A stretch of DNA of 64,000 nt, from contig CM119263.1 of the NCBI GenBank assembly GCA_051294375.1, positions 3,742,785 to 3,806,784 on the forward strand, read 5' to 3'. Source of the stretch: Paraspadella gotoi (lineage: Eukaryota; Animalia; Chaetognatha). Position 1 is the first letter of the stretch; each line of letters opens with the position of its first letter. Positions 25,175-43,561 of the stretch are shown piece after piece. Position numbers and translations under genes: made by a program. Under the pieces are notes generated by a model that was given only the letters and a program-made list of their open reading frames with translations, was not told the origin of the DNA and ran no database searches.

Positions 25175-26139
25175 GCCTAACAGCTGGACGACTTCGGTTG
25201 GGGGACATGCGTTTATCCGTAGTCAAGTCTCGGGAGGAAAGTTCAAAATTCAGCGTAGTGAACACCGTTTTCGTCGTACGCCCCAGTTACACGCCGCTAC
25301 GCTTACCCGGTAATCCCCGCCAGCCCCTCACCACTCATCCGTTTCTTTTTCCCCGCGCCGTCGCCATGGAAGTCGGTTTGTGAAAATATTCAGACGAGGT
25401 CCGTCGGGGTCAGTGACTCCGCAAACAAAAAAGGGTATGGGAAATTTTTTTTCTCCTCTCTCTTCCTTCTGAGTGGTGATAGCAAAAAGCGCCCTGTGAA
25501 ATGAAATTATGATAAAAAAAGGGGTAAGGAAGGAAAAGGGAAAAGTAATAAGGAAATAAAAAAAGGAGAAAAAATAGAGTAATGAGAGGCAAAAATATGC
25601 GGTTAGAATGAGTTTTCTGTGAATCTGGTCTGCGGGGAAATTCATAATCATCGTTGAACGTGAGAGTCACGAAGGAAAGGAAAGAAAAGAATGAATGAAT
25701 TAAAAGAAAAGAGAGAAAGAATAGCAGAAAGAAAAAATAGGAATAAAGAAATAAAAAAGATAAGGACATGGAAAGACATGAAAGAAAAGGGAAAAAAACT
25801 GAAAGAAGAAAAGAAAAGAAAGAAGAACGAAAGAAGAGGAGGAGAAAAGAAAAGAGAAAGGAAAAAAAGAGAGAAAAAAAGAAAGGAAAGAGGAAGAGGA
25901 AAGAATATGAACGTGACGCGGAGAAAGAGAAAGGGAACGGAGGAAGAAAAAAGGGAAGATAAACAAGAATGAAAGGAAAAGAAAGATAAGTTTTAGTTAA
26001 GATAGAAAAATTGATAAGATAATACGTAAGGAATCTCCCTTCCTATTATATGCTGAGTAAAATAAAGTAATCCCGTCTAAATGAGCGACTAAATTAAATG
26101 TTATATATCTCTCTNNNNNNNNNNNNNNNNNNNNNNNNN

Positions 26140-32706
<6,567 letters not shown>

Positions 32707-32805
32707 ATTGATTGAAACAGAAACAAATGCATAGAAAGAAACCGATATTTTCTCTCTTCTCTCTATCTCTCTTCGTCTCGNNNNNNNNNNNNNNNNNNNN
32801 NNNNN

Positions 32806-35800
32806 GGTGAATTTTATTAATATTAAAACACACCTCATGGGCCCAGCCGCAGGTATGGGACCTCCTAACGATCAAGAGGAAACCAATTGCACCCCCCTCT
32901 TACATGGACTCACAACACCCTCCCACACTCACCTGTGCGGTGCTGAGGATTTGGCATTTACGCGCCACGAAAACCGCTGGTCAGTGTGCCTCTGCCAAAA
33001 GGCACTGACGATTTTCTCGAATCCTCCTTAAACTCACGCTTGCGTACCTTGCGAAAGGTTTGTTGCGCATCAGAGAAAACATGTGACGGGATCGGGGATG
33101 GCCGCATTGCATTTAAGCGCAAGCAACGGCCAAGATAAACTGTCCTCGCCAGACAAAGTATTCTCTCAACGACTCAATGTATAGAGAAACGGCGCGAGTC
33201 GGAGGAACAAGTGAAAAGCGCCACCCAATCTTTGTCGCTTTGCCTCGCGAGAAACAACGAACAGTACAAATGGACCAAATAGTGTTACACAGTAGGAAAA
33301 GAACTGAGATGCCTAAAAAAACAGATAGTCGAACAACGATCAAAAAAAAAAAAAAAAGGTCAAGCGGAGGTGCCATTTTCTTAAAAATTAAAAAATGGTC
33401 AAAAAAAAAAAGGGTTTTGCGCACGCTCTTCGGCAATGAAACAGATTGCGCATTATATCATTTTGATTAGGATGGCCAGAGCGCCGCCCAATGATAAAAC
33501 TATTAATGAACCAGAAGGATCAGTGTGAGCACAGTGGAAGCACTCACACCAAAACAAAAAAAAAAAAAAAATAGCAAAAAAAAGGCAATCTTCATGAATA
33601 CTTAACATTAAGAAATACCAGGTCCTTGACAAGATGGTGCGACATGGGAGAAAATCCATGGGATGCCTAAGTTGATACTCCTCGGCGCCTGTCAAGTCTG
33701 CACGAACCTAAGGCGTGCCAGCATCATCAACAAAGGAGTCAATGCATTTCTCAGGGAGCGTTCCCGACCAAAAGTCTTGTTCGGAAATCATATCTCCGAA
33801 ATCGCAAACCGCTTATCTTCTGCAGAAAATGATGCTGATCTTGCATATATAACCGGGACAAAGGTTCACTCAAGCGCTCAAGAGGATCGATAAAAGAGAA
33901 CATGCCACGAGGAACCTTGAAGGGTCGTGTCAGGGGGCGGAAACCGCTGCAGATCGATGCGATCGAACCGCTTTTTCATGTTAGAAACATTCTCAAAGGA
34001 GCGGTACAAAGTCTCTTACGCTATAACTTAGATGTATTTTGCCGACAAGTAACTTCTTAGGGGCTCTGCCAGTCATCTGCTCCACGGGCCAGGCATCGAG
34101 GCAAGACTCTCGGCTGAGGGGAATGGGACAACCAGCGCCGATGATGGGTTGGTCCACATTTATTCTATCAGCCTCGAAGCCCTGGGAGACATGTTCAGTG
34201 GATTAGTTCCGTACGGGACATTATCTTCCTGAAATCAAGGCGTCGGTCCTTTGCAGATTTTGGTGAGCGATTACGCACAAAAGCTATAAAACGGGTCTCT
34301 GTATTGCGATTCTGCTTCAGGACACATTGAGAGTCACGACCCGAGTCACTGAGTCTGTGGCTTCTCAATCGAGTTCTTGCTCTAACAGACTGTAGAGATC
34401 AACCGCACTGTGCAGCAGTCCAATTACAGACGCGGGAGCGTCTCCTCTGAACAAGCTTGTTTCCTGATTGATGGTCACCCGATGCAGGCAAAAGAAACAT
34501 GAACTTTGCCGTGACACTAACCAAAGCGGATAGGCAACCGGCACCATATGTTCCTGGAGGCACACCAACAGGGTGGAGCTGCCTGTCGAAATTTCCAAAT
34601 CGATAGGAAGATGGTTATCTCCTGGCCTTAATTTTTTCATCTCGGCAGGGAACTTACATTCCTATGAACAGATCTAACTCGTCTTGGGCACAGGTCATCC
34701 ATAAAAATGCCCCTTTCTCACACAGGCTGAAGTAACGTTGGCAAAAGAGGCGGGAGAGCGATTCCTAGAGGTCCGTTACGGATTGCTACCACCCATCAAC
34801 TGCCTCTTAGTCGCTCAATTTCCCCCTCTTAAAAAAAACTGGGTGATCCACCTTAAAGGCCAAATCATCTGTGCCTCGATCACTAGGTGCAAGGGCCTTG
34901 CCATCGCTACTCAGGTCTTCACTCTTCGGTCTGATGGCCCAAATCTCCAAATCGCTGCCGCAACCTCAGGGTCATTCGACCGCAGTTTGGTGAGTTGAAA
35001 CCACCGGACAAATCTGCAGTTCACATGATTCTTTTATGCAATCTGACTACAGATTTGCTTGGAACCATTCATATGTATCAGACATACAGTCCCAGCTTAA
35101 TGCCTCAATCGTGACAGGATGAATATTTTGTCGCCTAGGTTCAGCAGACTGTGCACAAATTGCGCAGGCAGATGGGGAGGGTTCAAACGAACAGTCCGAG
35201 AGCTTAGATCCAAGGTCAGACCTCGGAATCACGCCGAAAGGCAAACCTCAAAGCCTCAGTTGTGCGGGAGGAGAACCTCACCTGGTGAAAAAGAACTTTA
35301 CATACGCCGATCACGACACTATGGTTCTCCTAAGCGAGCAAGTGCCGATCAATTGATGTTAAGTCGTGGAAACCGTGCCATATGGCTGATATTCAATTAT
35401 TTACTCTTACTTCAGCTTTAGATCATGGAATCTGACCTTCCGGGGGTTTCATCTCTCAGAGCACTATGGGCACTTGTCAAATTGGCTGAGAGGTCATGGA
35501 TTCTGAGATATGAGGGCTCTTCATCCAACCATCCTTGACAATCACCATTCCTGTGTCAAAGGTTCCACGATCGCGAAGATAGCATGGGGCTTTTCGGCTT
35601 CTTAATCTGGCACTGGTCACTTAGAAAGTTCATCGCAGGAGCTTTACGCCACCTTTTCCATGGAGAGCAACCGAAAATGCCACCAACCAATTAATTTGAT
35701 TGCCTGACGGACTTCTTACGAGCTCCAATCATCTCTAGAGGACATCTTCTTATGAGCAGGTCACCAAAATCCACCTGAAGCAACGATAAGCCGTCACGAG

Positions 35801-38690
35801 ACAGTCTTCTTGTCCAGGGTGATAATTGGGGCAGACGAATGAGCGGGGTGTAGGCCTCGACAAGGTTACAGTCAGCCAGAGGTTTCCCACTGTGTCAGCC
35901 GATTGCTGCCTGCCTGAAATGGTAGGCTGCGATACAGCTGCGCCTTAGTGTGTGCAAAGGGGAAGTTATAGACTTAATACATATCGCGCTGGATTTCTGA
36001 CATCCTTCAACAGCAGAAGGCTCGGAGGGAGTTCATACTCCTCTTCCAAATTGTTAGGGTTTGAATTTCTACTTCTGGCGCCAGTTGCTTGAGCAGAGTA
36101 TTGTATTGGTAGGGTAAAGTTGTGGAATAGTATGTGTTGCCAAATCCGGCCCATGATCACATTCATCTTCATCTGTCCACTCATGAAGGACCACTCCATG
36201 AGTGCGGAAACTTAGTTAATCTTTATTTTAGGAATGTGACTCCATGGCCTGTGTTAAATATATCAGGCACGAGCTTACACAGAATCCACTCCTCATGCTA
36301 TAAGCCTCTATTATTCCAAAGTGAAATCACATGATCTCTTTTCGTCCCGCTTGTGGGAGTCCAGGTCGCACTTGCATCTTCCAGATTGAGTCTTCAAATA
36401 TGCAGCTCTCCACCACTTCAGAAATAAAGTACGTTTCTGCAGATCAACAGATGCGTAATTCAGTTACCTTGTCAGGACCCTTGACACGAACCCGCTGACA
36501 ATTGGCGTTAGGCTGGAGATGAAGAAACCTGTGCCGGTCGCACTAGAGAACTGGGAGTTGAACTCAACATGAGGAGGATTGTGGTGTAGATCTGAATCGA
36601 CTTGCTACAGGTTTTTTGACCCGAGCATTTGTTGCATGTGTCTCGCCCGCGAATCGGATAGCAGTGCCAGTGCTCGGATCTGGGAAACTGTTGACACAGA
36701 TTTTTTTTGATTTGATAAGAACGATAATAATATTTGTGTTCTTTTAATACTTGAAATACGGAATCTTCTTGCGTACGCAGTGGGTCAGTTCATCGAGGGT
36801 GTTATTGCTGGGATGCCTTTGAATCTTTCTCCACTGTTTCCATGACTGCTGCGTCCAGGTTCTTAGAATCCTTAGCCACTTAGAGCGTTCTGAACTGGCT
36901 TGGCCTTGGATCGCAGTTGCCTTGTACAATGTTGACTTAGCAGTAGCAGCCTTGACTTGGATGGGCTGCTGGATCTTGCTGCCCTTTTGTGCAAAGAGAT
37001 TCATCTCCAAAAACTCTTGTCATGATAAGAAATGAAAGAGCAACCAGCTGTTACGATTCAACCGTACCGTCATCTTTATGGTGATATTTTTCAGTTCTTG
37101 ATGAGGGCGCGTCTTTGCGATGATTTCACGCAGGACGTCATGGATCAATTTTATAATATCATTGATTGAGCTACTTTGCCATCCATGGGAGATCCCAGCC
37201 AATTCGCGCAGCCATGATGGTAGAGGATTTGACCGTCTTAGGAGCTCTTCCAATTTATCCAAGCATAATTTCTTGGTAGCACAATATTACGTCTTGTCTT
37301 CGCAGTTCCAGGTTCGTCACCATTGGCATGCATCTTAATTCTTGGATTGCAATATTTGGCGCTTCCCTTAGTCCACTCAATTCAAAAAATTTGTCATTGC
37401 CCAGTTCATGCCTGCACACTCTCAACGTGTTATGCAATTCCATCAGGTGGGTCACAAACCTGCTGGTGTGCCGACCACTTTTCTGCCTGAGATGGGCTTC
37501 GTTGTAAAGTTGCTGCCGCCAACCATATGCAGCAGGGCACAATCTGGGCACTGAAGTGTGGGGTGGAGGAAGGGCTGACACCGATTACAGGGCTGCTGTG
37601 GCTTGAAACCAGGAGAGGTTAATAGGAGAACCCAAACCCTTGCACGGATTTCGAGCAATATGGTGAGGATCTTTGAAATCGACTAGTTTTATTTTAAGAA
37701 TTCTTCTTTACTGCCGTTGGAGCAGCAGCGTCACTCCATTGTAGTCAGTACGGAGGAGTGCTTTTGAGTCCAACCGCGACCTATTTCTGTGTAGGTTGAG
37801 GGAGGATCTGCAAGAAGAGGTAATTATTGTTCGATTATCAATGCTCACAGTCAATCCTTGGCCTGCAGGTCAAGCTTGATCTTCCTTTCTTCTATTCTTT
37901 TTATTAATCGTCTTTTAAATTTTTGTTTCTCTAAAGCAGCTTTACGATTGTTCTGTTCAAATCTTTTTTCGATCATCAACATTTTCTTGGTCAGATAGCG
38001 TGTGTGCTTTAATTGTGCTACATCGCTTTCATTAGATTTAGCAGACCTGACTACCTCTTACCGACCCATGGATCTCTTGAACAGATTGACTGAACTCCTT
38101 CCCTCTTGTCCCTGATTCCTGCTCAGGGTGGTTTGGAATGCTCGCGAGCGATCGACTAGGCAGCTTGAAGCCCGGCCAGTTTCCTGTTGGCAGCCCCTCT
38201 GGAGCATCACAACCACTCCACGGCCGAGCTTCCCCACAGCCTCCACTTAGGCCGGTGCCCCAGTTGCGGTGCCCCTCCCTCGACTGAGGAGGCCCTTTAT
38301 ATTCTGCCCAGTGACATCACTTGGGCCTTACATCAACTGAGTGGTAGGAACACAGCACTCCACAGCCGTATCAGGGAAAAAGATCTGGGGGAGGGCCATA
38401 CTTGGGCTCCTTGGAAACCTCTTTTGCTGTGCCCAAGCTTCCAAGCAAGAGAAATGTAGTCGTGCGTTGATTCATTCATCTTGTTTAGGCCTTAGTCTTT
38501 TTTGCGTACCCTGTCGTCACGCTGTCTTCAACCATCGGGCGATTGACGCTCGGGGTTTGTTTCCGGATCTTCTATTGGCGACCAGTTCAGTCCGCGACAA
38601 TCCAGATGCGCCGCGAAGTCATTCGGGCTGATTGTGCGAGGGCCGGCGAGGCCGAGCCCAAGTGAAGCTTCGATCTATAGAGAAGGGGGA
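32806..38690 (-). mobile_element. BEL/Pao LTR retrotransposon, gag-pol with many frameshifts
   Basis: Higher GC and no microsatellites. Pao-type motifs read across frameshifts on the - strand in the expected order. Gag DUF1759-like: DKFFELSGLREA (about 37.4 kb). RT: LRIHDLSA (about 35.5 kb), LPFGV (35244), GGFN..SNDPEVAAAI (about 34.97 kb), GTDDLAFKV (about 34.86 kb), (D)PLGI (about 34.77 kb). RNase H: YGA.AY (about 34.54 kb), TDS, VP..TNP (about 34.2 kb). Integrase: MIS(D) (about 33.79 kb), GIPWIF...AP (about 33.65 kb), LREY (about 33.16 kb). PPT-like AAGAGGGGGG at about 32.89 kb just before the gap. No matching LTR pair was seen. Confidence 0.8.
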
Positions 38691-38718
38691 AACCGAAAAG
38701 TTAAAGGGGGAAAAGGCT

Positions 38719-39462
38719 TTAATAAATAGATTCAATTAGTATAAAGGGCGAGCGTTCGTAGTCTAAAACGAGCTGCCAAGGCGTCATATCTTTGGTGAAG
38801 TGTGAGAGACGGAGAAGAATCTCGACGATCTTCTCCATCAGGTCGTAAATGAGACTGAATCTTTGCTCCAATATCGTCGAATCTCCCGGCGTCGTAATTT
38901 CGGAGAGAGAAAGGGAGAGAATATTAGTTTTTTCAGCAGCATAGTCGCGTTTTGGCCCGATAAAATTCGGCAGGTCATAAAAAGGCCGGGATAAGTAAAT
39001 TTCAATGAATTTCAATTCTCACTTTTTCAAATCTTCACCTCGGCGAAGACGCCCGTGTCGTTCCGCTCCCCGTTTTTAATTTATCTTGTTCTAAATAATC
39101 TAAGTCGCTCGAGAATTGAGGTTTAGCGAGGTTAAAAATGTATTGACTAGTAAATTCACGAATAACGAATTAAATCAATTTTAAAAACACTTAAACAAAT
39201 GGTAAAGATTAACAGTAAAAAGATTAAAAGGTAAAAATCGTTTGATGCAATTAGTATAACTCCACTGGTTGTTAAAACGATGGCCGTATATATATATTTG
39301 CGATTCATAAAAATACGGTTTTACAATGGCTGCGCGCGGAACGCGGTAAAAAGATAATATCTTTCTGCCGAATTCTCCGACGTTGATTGGTCGGCCGCCA
39401 TAGGACGCAGGGAAGAAGCTTGCGATTTTTGGATCCAAACGGAAGGAGAACCGCGCGAGCAA
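38719..39462 (-). other. Two unassigned candidate exons (ORFs 39181-39462 and 38719-39015)
   Basis: Non-repetitive, protein-like translations (FSFRLDPKIASFFPASYGGRPINVGEFGRKIL...; FIEIYLSRPFYDLPNFIGPKRDY...). No family recognised and splice sites not established. Confidence 0.25.
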
Positions 39463-39464
39463 AC

Positions 39465-40650
39465 GTACAATTTACTAATGAATTTATGTATAAAAAATTT
39501 ATAATAAATTTTACAATTTACGCAGTGGCATATTTATACTAGTACTAATCCAATAAATGTTAAAAATTTCAAAACACGTTTTTCTAAGATTTTTTTGCAG
39601 ATTTGGATTGTCATAAAAAGTTGATAAAAAGAATATTAACTTTTTTAAAAAATTCCTTCATTAAGTGGTCAAAAATTTAGAAAAAGCTATATTTTAAGCT
39701 GAAAATTAACTTTTTATATATTTAATATAGTTTTTTTGTAATTTTTAACCCACTTAATGAAAGAATTTTTAAAAATTATTTATATTTTCTTTTTCAACTT
39801 TTGACGAGGAATTCAAATCTGCAATAAATTAAGAAAAGCCTATTTTGAAATTTTTCGTTTTATATAGGATAGTATATATGAATTGGTAAACCTATTAAAA
39901 ATTATCCATTCATTTAATAATAAGCTATCTTGCCCCTGAACTTGGAGAGGCTTTGGTGGTTAAGGCCTCCATACTCTTACAGATAATGACTTGTTAGCCA
40001 GGTCCCATAAAAGCTTTCATCAGCTCTAACAACAAGTCCCGTTTATTCATCCCAGAGTACTGGCTTCCTATCAATGAAGTAGGAAATATATTTCAAAGAA
40101 TGTTTCCAATTGTGTGATGAAGAACCACTGCCCTTAAGTATTAGATGGGGATACTTATTGTATCCGCACTAAGTGCATCAAAATACAAGGAGTGATTTTA
40201 TGATTGTACATCACAGCAGGAGGCGAGTACAATAATATTATCCAATGATAATCATATACTAATATATAAAGCTCTATCTGCCCTCGACTTTGGACGCTCT
40301 GTGGTTTAAGGCCCTCCATTAGCCTTCTAACAAGATAATGACAGAGTGCACTAGCCTCATACAGCTTTCCATCAAGACTCTCACACCAGCCCGTTATTAT
40401 TCACGTCCAGGTACCTGGCTTCCTATACATGGAGTGGAAATATTTCAAAGGATGTTTCTTGTATGAAAAGACCACTCCTTAGTATTAAGTATTAAGTATT
40501 AGTTTAAGTATTAAGTATATATACAATATAGTCCTTCGAAATTTAAAAATAAAATTAATTTTTTTTACAAAATTATGTTCACTGATGGTATGTTGTCTTT
40601 GACCCTTTAAGAATTATTCGTACGTGACTTTCACTAACGCCTACTATTCA
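39465..40650. mobile_element. Foldback MITE (copy 1, left end truncated) interrupted by a family B insertion
   Basis: 39470-39880 plus 40520-40650 align with 43020-43561. Internal inverted symmetry: aaaattccttcattaagtgg / ccacttaatgaaagaatttt. Confidence 0.75.
39880..40513 (+). mobile_element. Tandem dimer of family B with (TAAGTAT)n tail, nested in the MITE
   Basis: Two family B units (about 39888-40140 and 40230-40480) followed by agtattaagtattaagtatt. Flanked by the direct repeat AGTATATAT (39871-39879 and 40514-40522). Confidence 0.65.
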
Positions 40651-40787
40651 GTTTTCCCTCCGAACGTGCTCGGATAACCATTACACTTCCTCACCTTTTA
40701 TTTCCTTTTCAGATTTTTTTGGTGAGAGGAGAAGAGAGAGAGGAGAGAGAGAGAGAGAGGGAAGACTGAATAGAGCCTTCAAAAAAT

Positions 40788-40988
40788 CGAAGCCGGATGT
40801 GAGAACCGGATGCAAGAACCCGGATGTTAAACCCGGATGCAAAACCCAGATACGAGAACCGGATGTGAAACTTGGATACAAAACTTGGATACAAAACCCA
40901 TTCGTCTCAACCGCATGTGAGACGCGGTTGCTAATCCCGGATATAGAACCCGGATATCGTATCGGGAGGTCAAACCCGGATATAAAAA
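40788..40988. repeat. About 13-bp minisatellite (AAACCCGGATRYR)
   Basis: About 12 recurrences of (a)acc(c)ggat or variants. Confidence 0.85.
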
Positions 40989-41429
40989 TCAAGGAATTCT
41001 TTGACTTTCCTGATTTTTCTATTTTTTTTTCATTAAGTGCGTCTATTAGATGACAAAACTGAATTTATAATAAATAAATATTTAATTTTTTTATGATAAA
41101 CTTCTAAATTTACTTGTTGATCTATCATCGTCTTCTCCCTGCAATATTCTCCAACCAATTCTGTTGATGAGAAAGACTCTCCCTTTATTATCTATCATCA
41201 TTCATCATTTGTCTCCATCATTCACCATCTGACAACATCACTCACTGTCTATGAACATTCGCTCGCACTTAAAGTCCTTTTGCTTTTTCTCTGCGCCATT
41301 GCTGCCGTTAGCTCTTTTCTACAGTCGATTGCTGTCGTTCAAATTATATTACAAATTGCAAATTTTCTGATATCGCTTATTTCTAACATTGACAGATGTC
41401 CGTTATTATCTATTTGTCAATATATTTCA

Positions 41430-42022
41430 AGACCAGTTTTTTTATACCTATCCTCTGATGCCATTTTCTGCCATCGCCCATTTCTGGATGGCATTTTCTG
41501 CCTTGGCCCGACCCTTGATGCTATTTGCTGCTAATACCGATTTTGAGATTGCATTTTCTGCTATTTCTTGTAGGGCATTCCCGCCATTTCCTATATTTTA
41601 AAGACCATTTCCTGCCACTTCCTATTTCTTGAAGGCCATTGCTACCATTTCCAATTTCTTAAAGGCCATTCCTGCCATTTCCTATTTTTAAAAGGCCATT
41701 TCCTGTCATTTTCAATTTCTTTAATGCCATTACCTGCTAGTTCCTTTTTCTTTAAGGCCATTTCCTGCCATTTCCTATTTCCTAAAGGCCATTTCCTACC
41801 ATTTACTATTTCATGAAGGCCATTTCCTGCTATTTCTTATTTTCCAATTTCCTAAAATACCATTTCTGCCATTTTCTCTCTTCAAATTTCCCAATTTCAG
41901 TCATTTTTTGCCATTTCCTATGTTCTTCAAAGGCGATTTTCTGCGATTTTCTGCGATTTTCTCCAATTTCCTATTTCTCAAAGGCAATTTTCTGCCATTT
42001 TCTGCCATTTCCTGCCATTTCG
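41430..42022. repeat. About 30-bp minisatellite (AAGGCCATTTCCTGCCATTTCCTATTTCTT)
   Basis: Periodic gccattt(c)ctgccatttcc units, more degenerate at the edges. Confidence 0.85.
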
Positions 42023-42949
42023 TTCTCTTCGAATCGTCAACGTTCGGTGCTATTATTCTCTAATCTTTCTTCCTGCGATCAAATTCTCTCCGGGGGTTCG
42101 ACGTTCACCCGCGGCGATCAAGGCCAATGAGATGCGGAAGGAAGTCGCGAGATGCTTAAAGATTCAGTATAACGCCGAAAGACTCATTTTTTAAAGGGCA
42201 AGAGATGCTGAAAGAAAATACCACAAGACGTTACAATATGCTGTTAAAGATTCGAAGCCTATACAATGTATACAGTATACAGTATATAGTATACATATTG
42301 TTCATACTAGCGCGACATAAACAGGTTTTGTGTTTTTAAATATCGCGAGGCTCCATAGAATTTCGCCAAATGCAGCGGGAGAGTTCATCGATGGAACTGA
42401 ATACACACTTTGGCTGAGAGATTCCATTTTACGTTTTCCATTTTTCCATACTTGATGAGATAACTATTATGCTATTATACTATTATGCAATTATGCAAAT
42501 GAGGTTGTTTAATGTCGCTCATTCGTAATATTCGTATGACTCTATGTAGCCATTAATTTTTTTGTAAATATTTTTTTCGTTTTGTTGTCATATATTTTGT
42601 TTTTTTTCTATTATTCCTCTAAATCTATATATGTTTTTTAATTTTTTTTTATTTGCCCCTTGTTTTGCTAGTTGTCATCCGACGTCGTCGTCGTCATCGT
42701 CGTCGTTATCGTCGTCGTCGTCGTCGATATCGAGTATTGGAAAAAAAGCCTCCACTTTGTTTCTATGTTTTTTTGGCTCAAGTTGTTGATGACGAAAAAA
42801 GGCAGAAAAAACAACAAAACAGTAAAACCTGCAGGGGGCGGCACTAGGGGTAGCGTTTCTTTCCAAAACAAAAGCGACATAATAATTCCATTAAATAGCG
42901 TAAATTTATAACAAAGTAAAAAGTCACAGTAAAGTACAAGTGTACTGTA

Positions 42950-43561
42950 CAATAAGGCGTAGTAAATTTCTAAATTTAACTTTAATTAAAATTCTAAAAG
43001 TGAGGAACGAACAACATTATATTAATGAACATTTATGTAATAAAAAAATTTATAAATTTTTACAATTTACGCAGTTGGCCATATTTATACTAGTACTAAA
43101 ACAATAAATGTTAAAATTTCAAAACAGTTTTTGTGTAAGATTTTTTTGCAGATTTGGATTCGTCATAAAAAGTTGATAAAAAGAAATATAACTCTTTTTG
43201 AAAAATTCCTTCATTAAGTGGGTCAAAAATGAGAAAAAGCTTATTTTAAGCTGAAAATTTATTTTTTCTATATTAAATATAGTTTTTTTAATTTTTAACC
43301 CACTTAATGAAAGAATTTTTAAAAATGATTATTTTTCTTTTATCAACTTTTTACGAGGAATTCAAATCTGCAATCAAAATTAAGAAAAGCCTATTTTGAA
43401 ATTTTTCGATTTTATAAGGTTAGTACTTATATAAAATATAGCCTACTGCGAAAATTAAAAAACATAAAATTAATTTTTTTTACAAATTAATGTTCACTGA
43501 TGGTATGTTGTTCATAATTGACTTTTAGAATTTTCGTATGTAACTTTCACTAGCCTTACTG
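42950..43561. mobile_element. Foldback MITE (copy 2, complete), Tc1/mariner-type TA target
   Basis: TA|CAATAAGGCGTAG...CTAGCCTTACTG|TA termini. Imperfect inverted symmetry extends through the whole 610 bp, for example ttgcagatttggattcgtcataaaaagttgataaaaagaaa / tttcttttatcaactttttacgaggaattcaaatctgcaa. No ORF. Confidence 0.75.

Larger units (their letters stand above)
22320..26060. repeat. Large inverted duplication (palindrome 1), arms about 1.7 kb, spacer about 24044-24292
   Basis: 23981-24043 is the reverse complement of 24293-24355. The sequence ttcgtgactctcacgttcaacg at 22621 mirrors 25652-25673. The arms differ by many 1-nt indels and the structure ends next to a 25-N gap. Confidence 0.9.

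Noticed and set aside
32806-38690. Endogenous virus or bacterial contamination, suggested by the GC shift
   Set aside because: Ordered BEL/Pao gag-pol motifs and a PPT explain the segment better.
40788-42022. CRISPR-like arrays
   Set aside because: These are head-to-tail minisatellites without unique spacers, in eukaryotic DNA with no cas genes.
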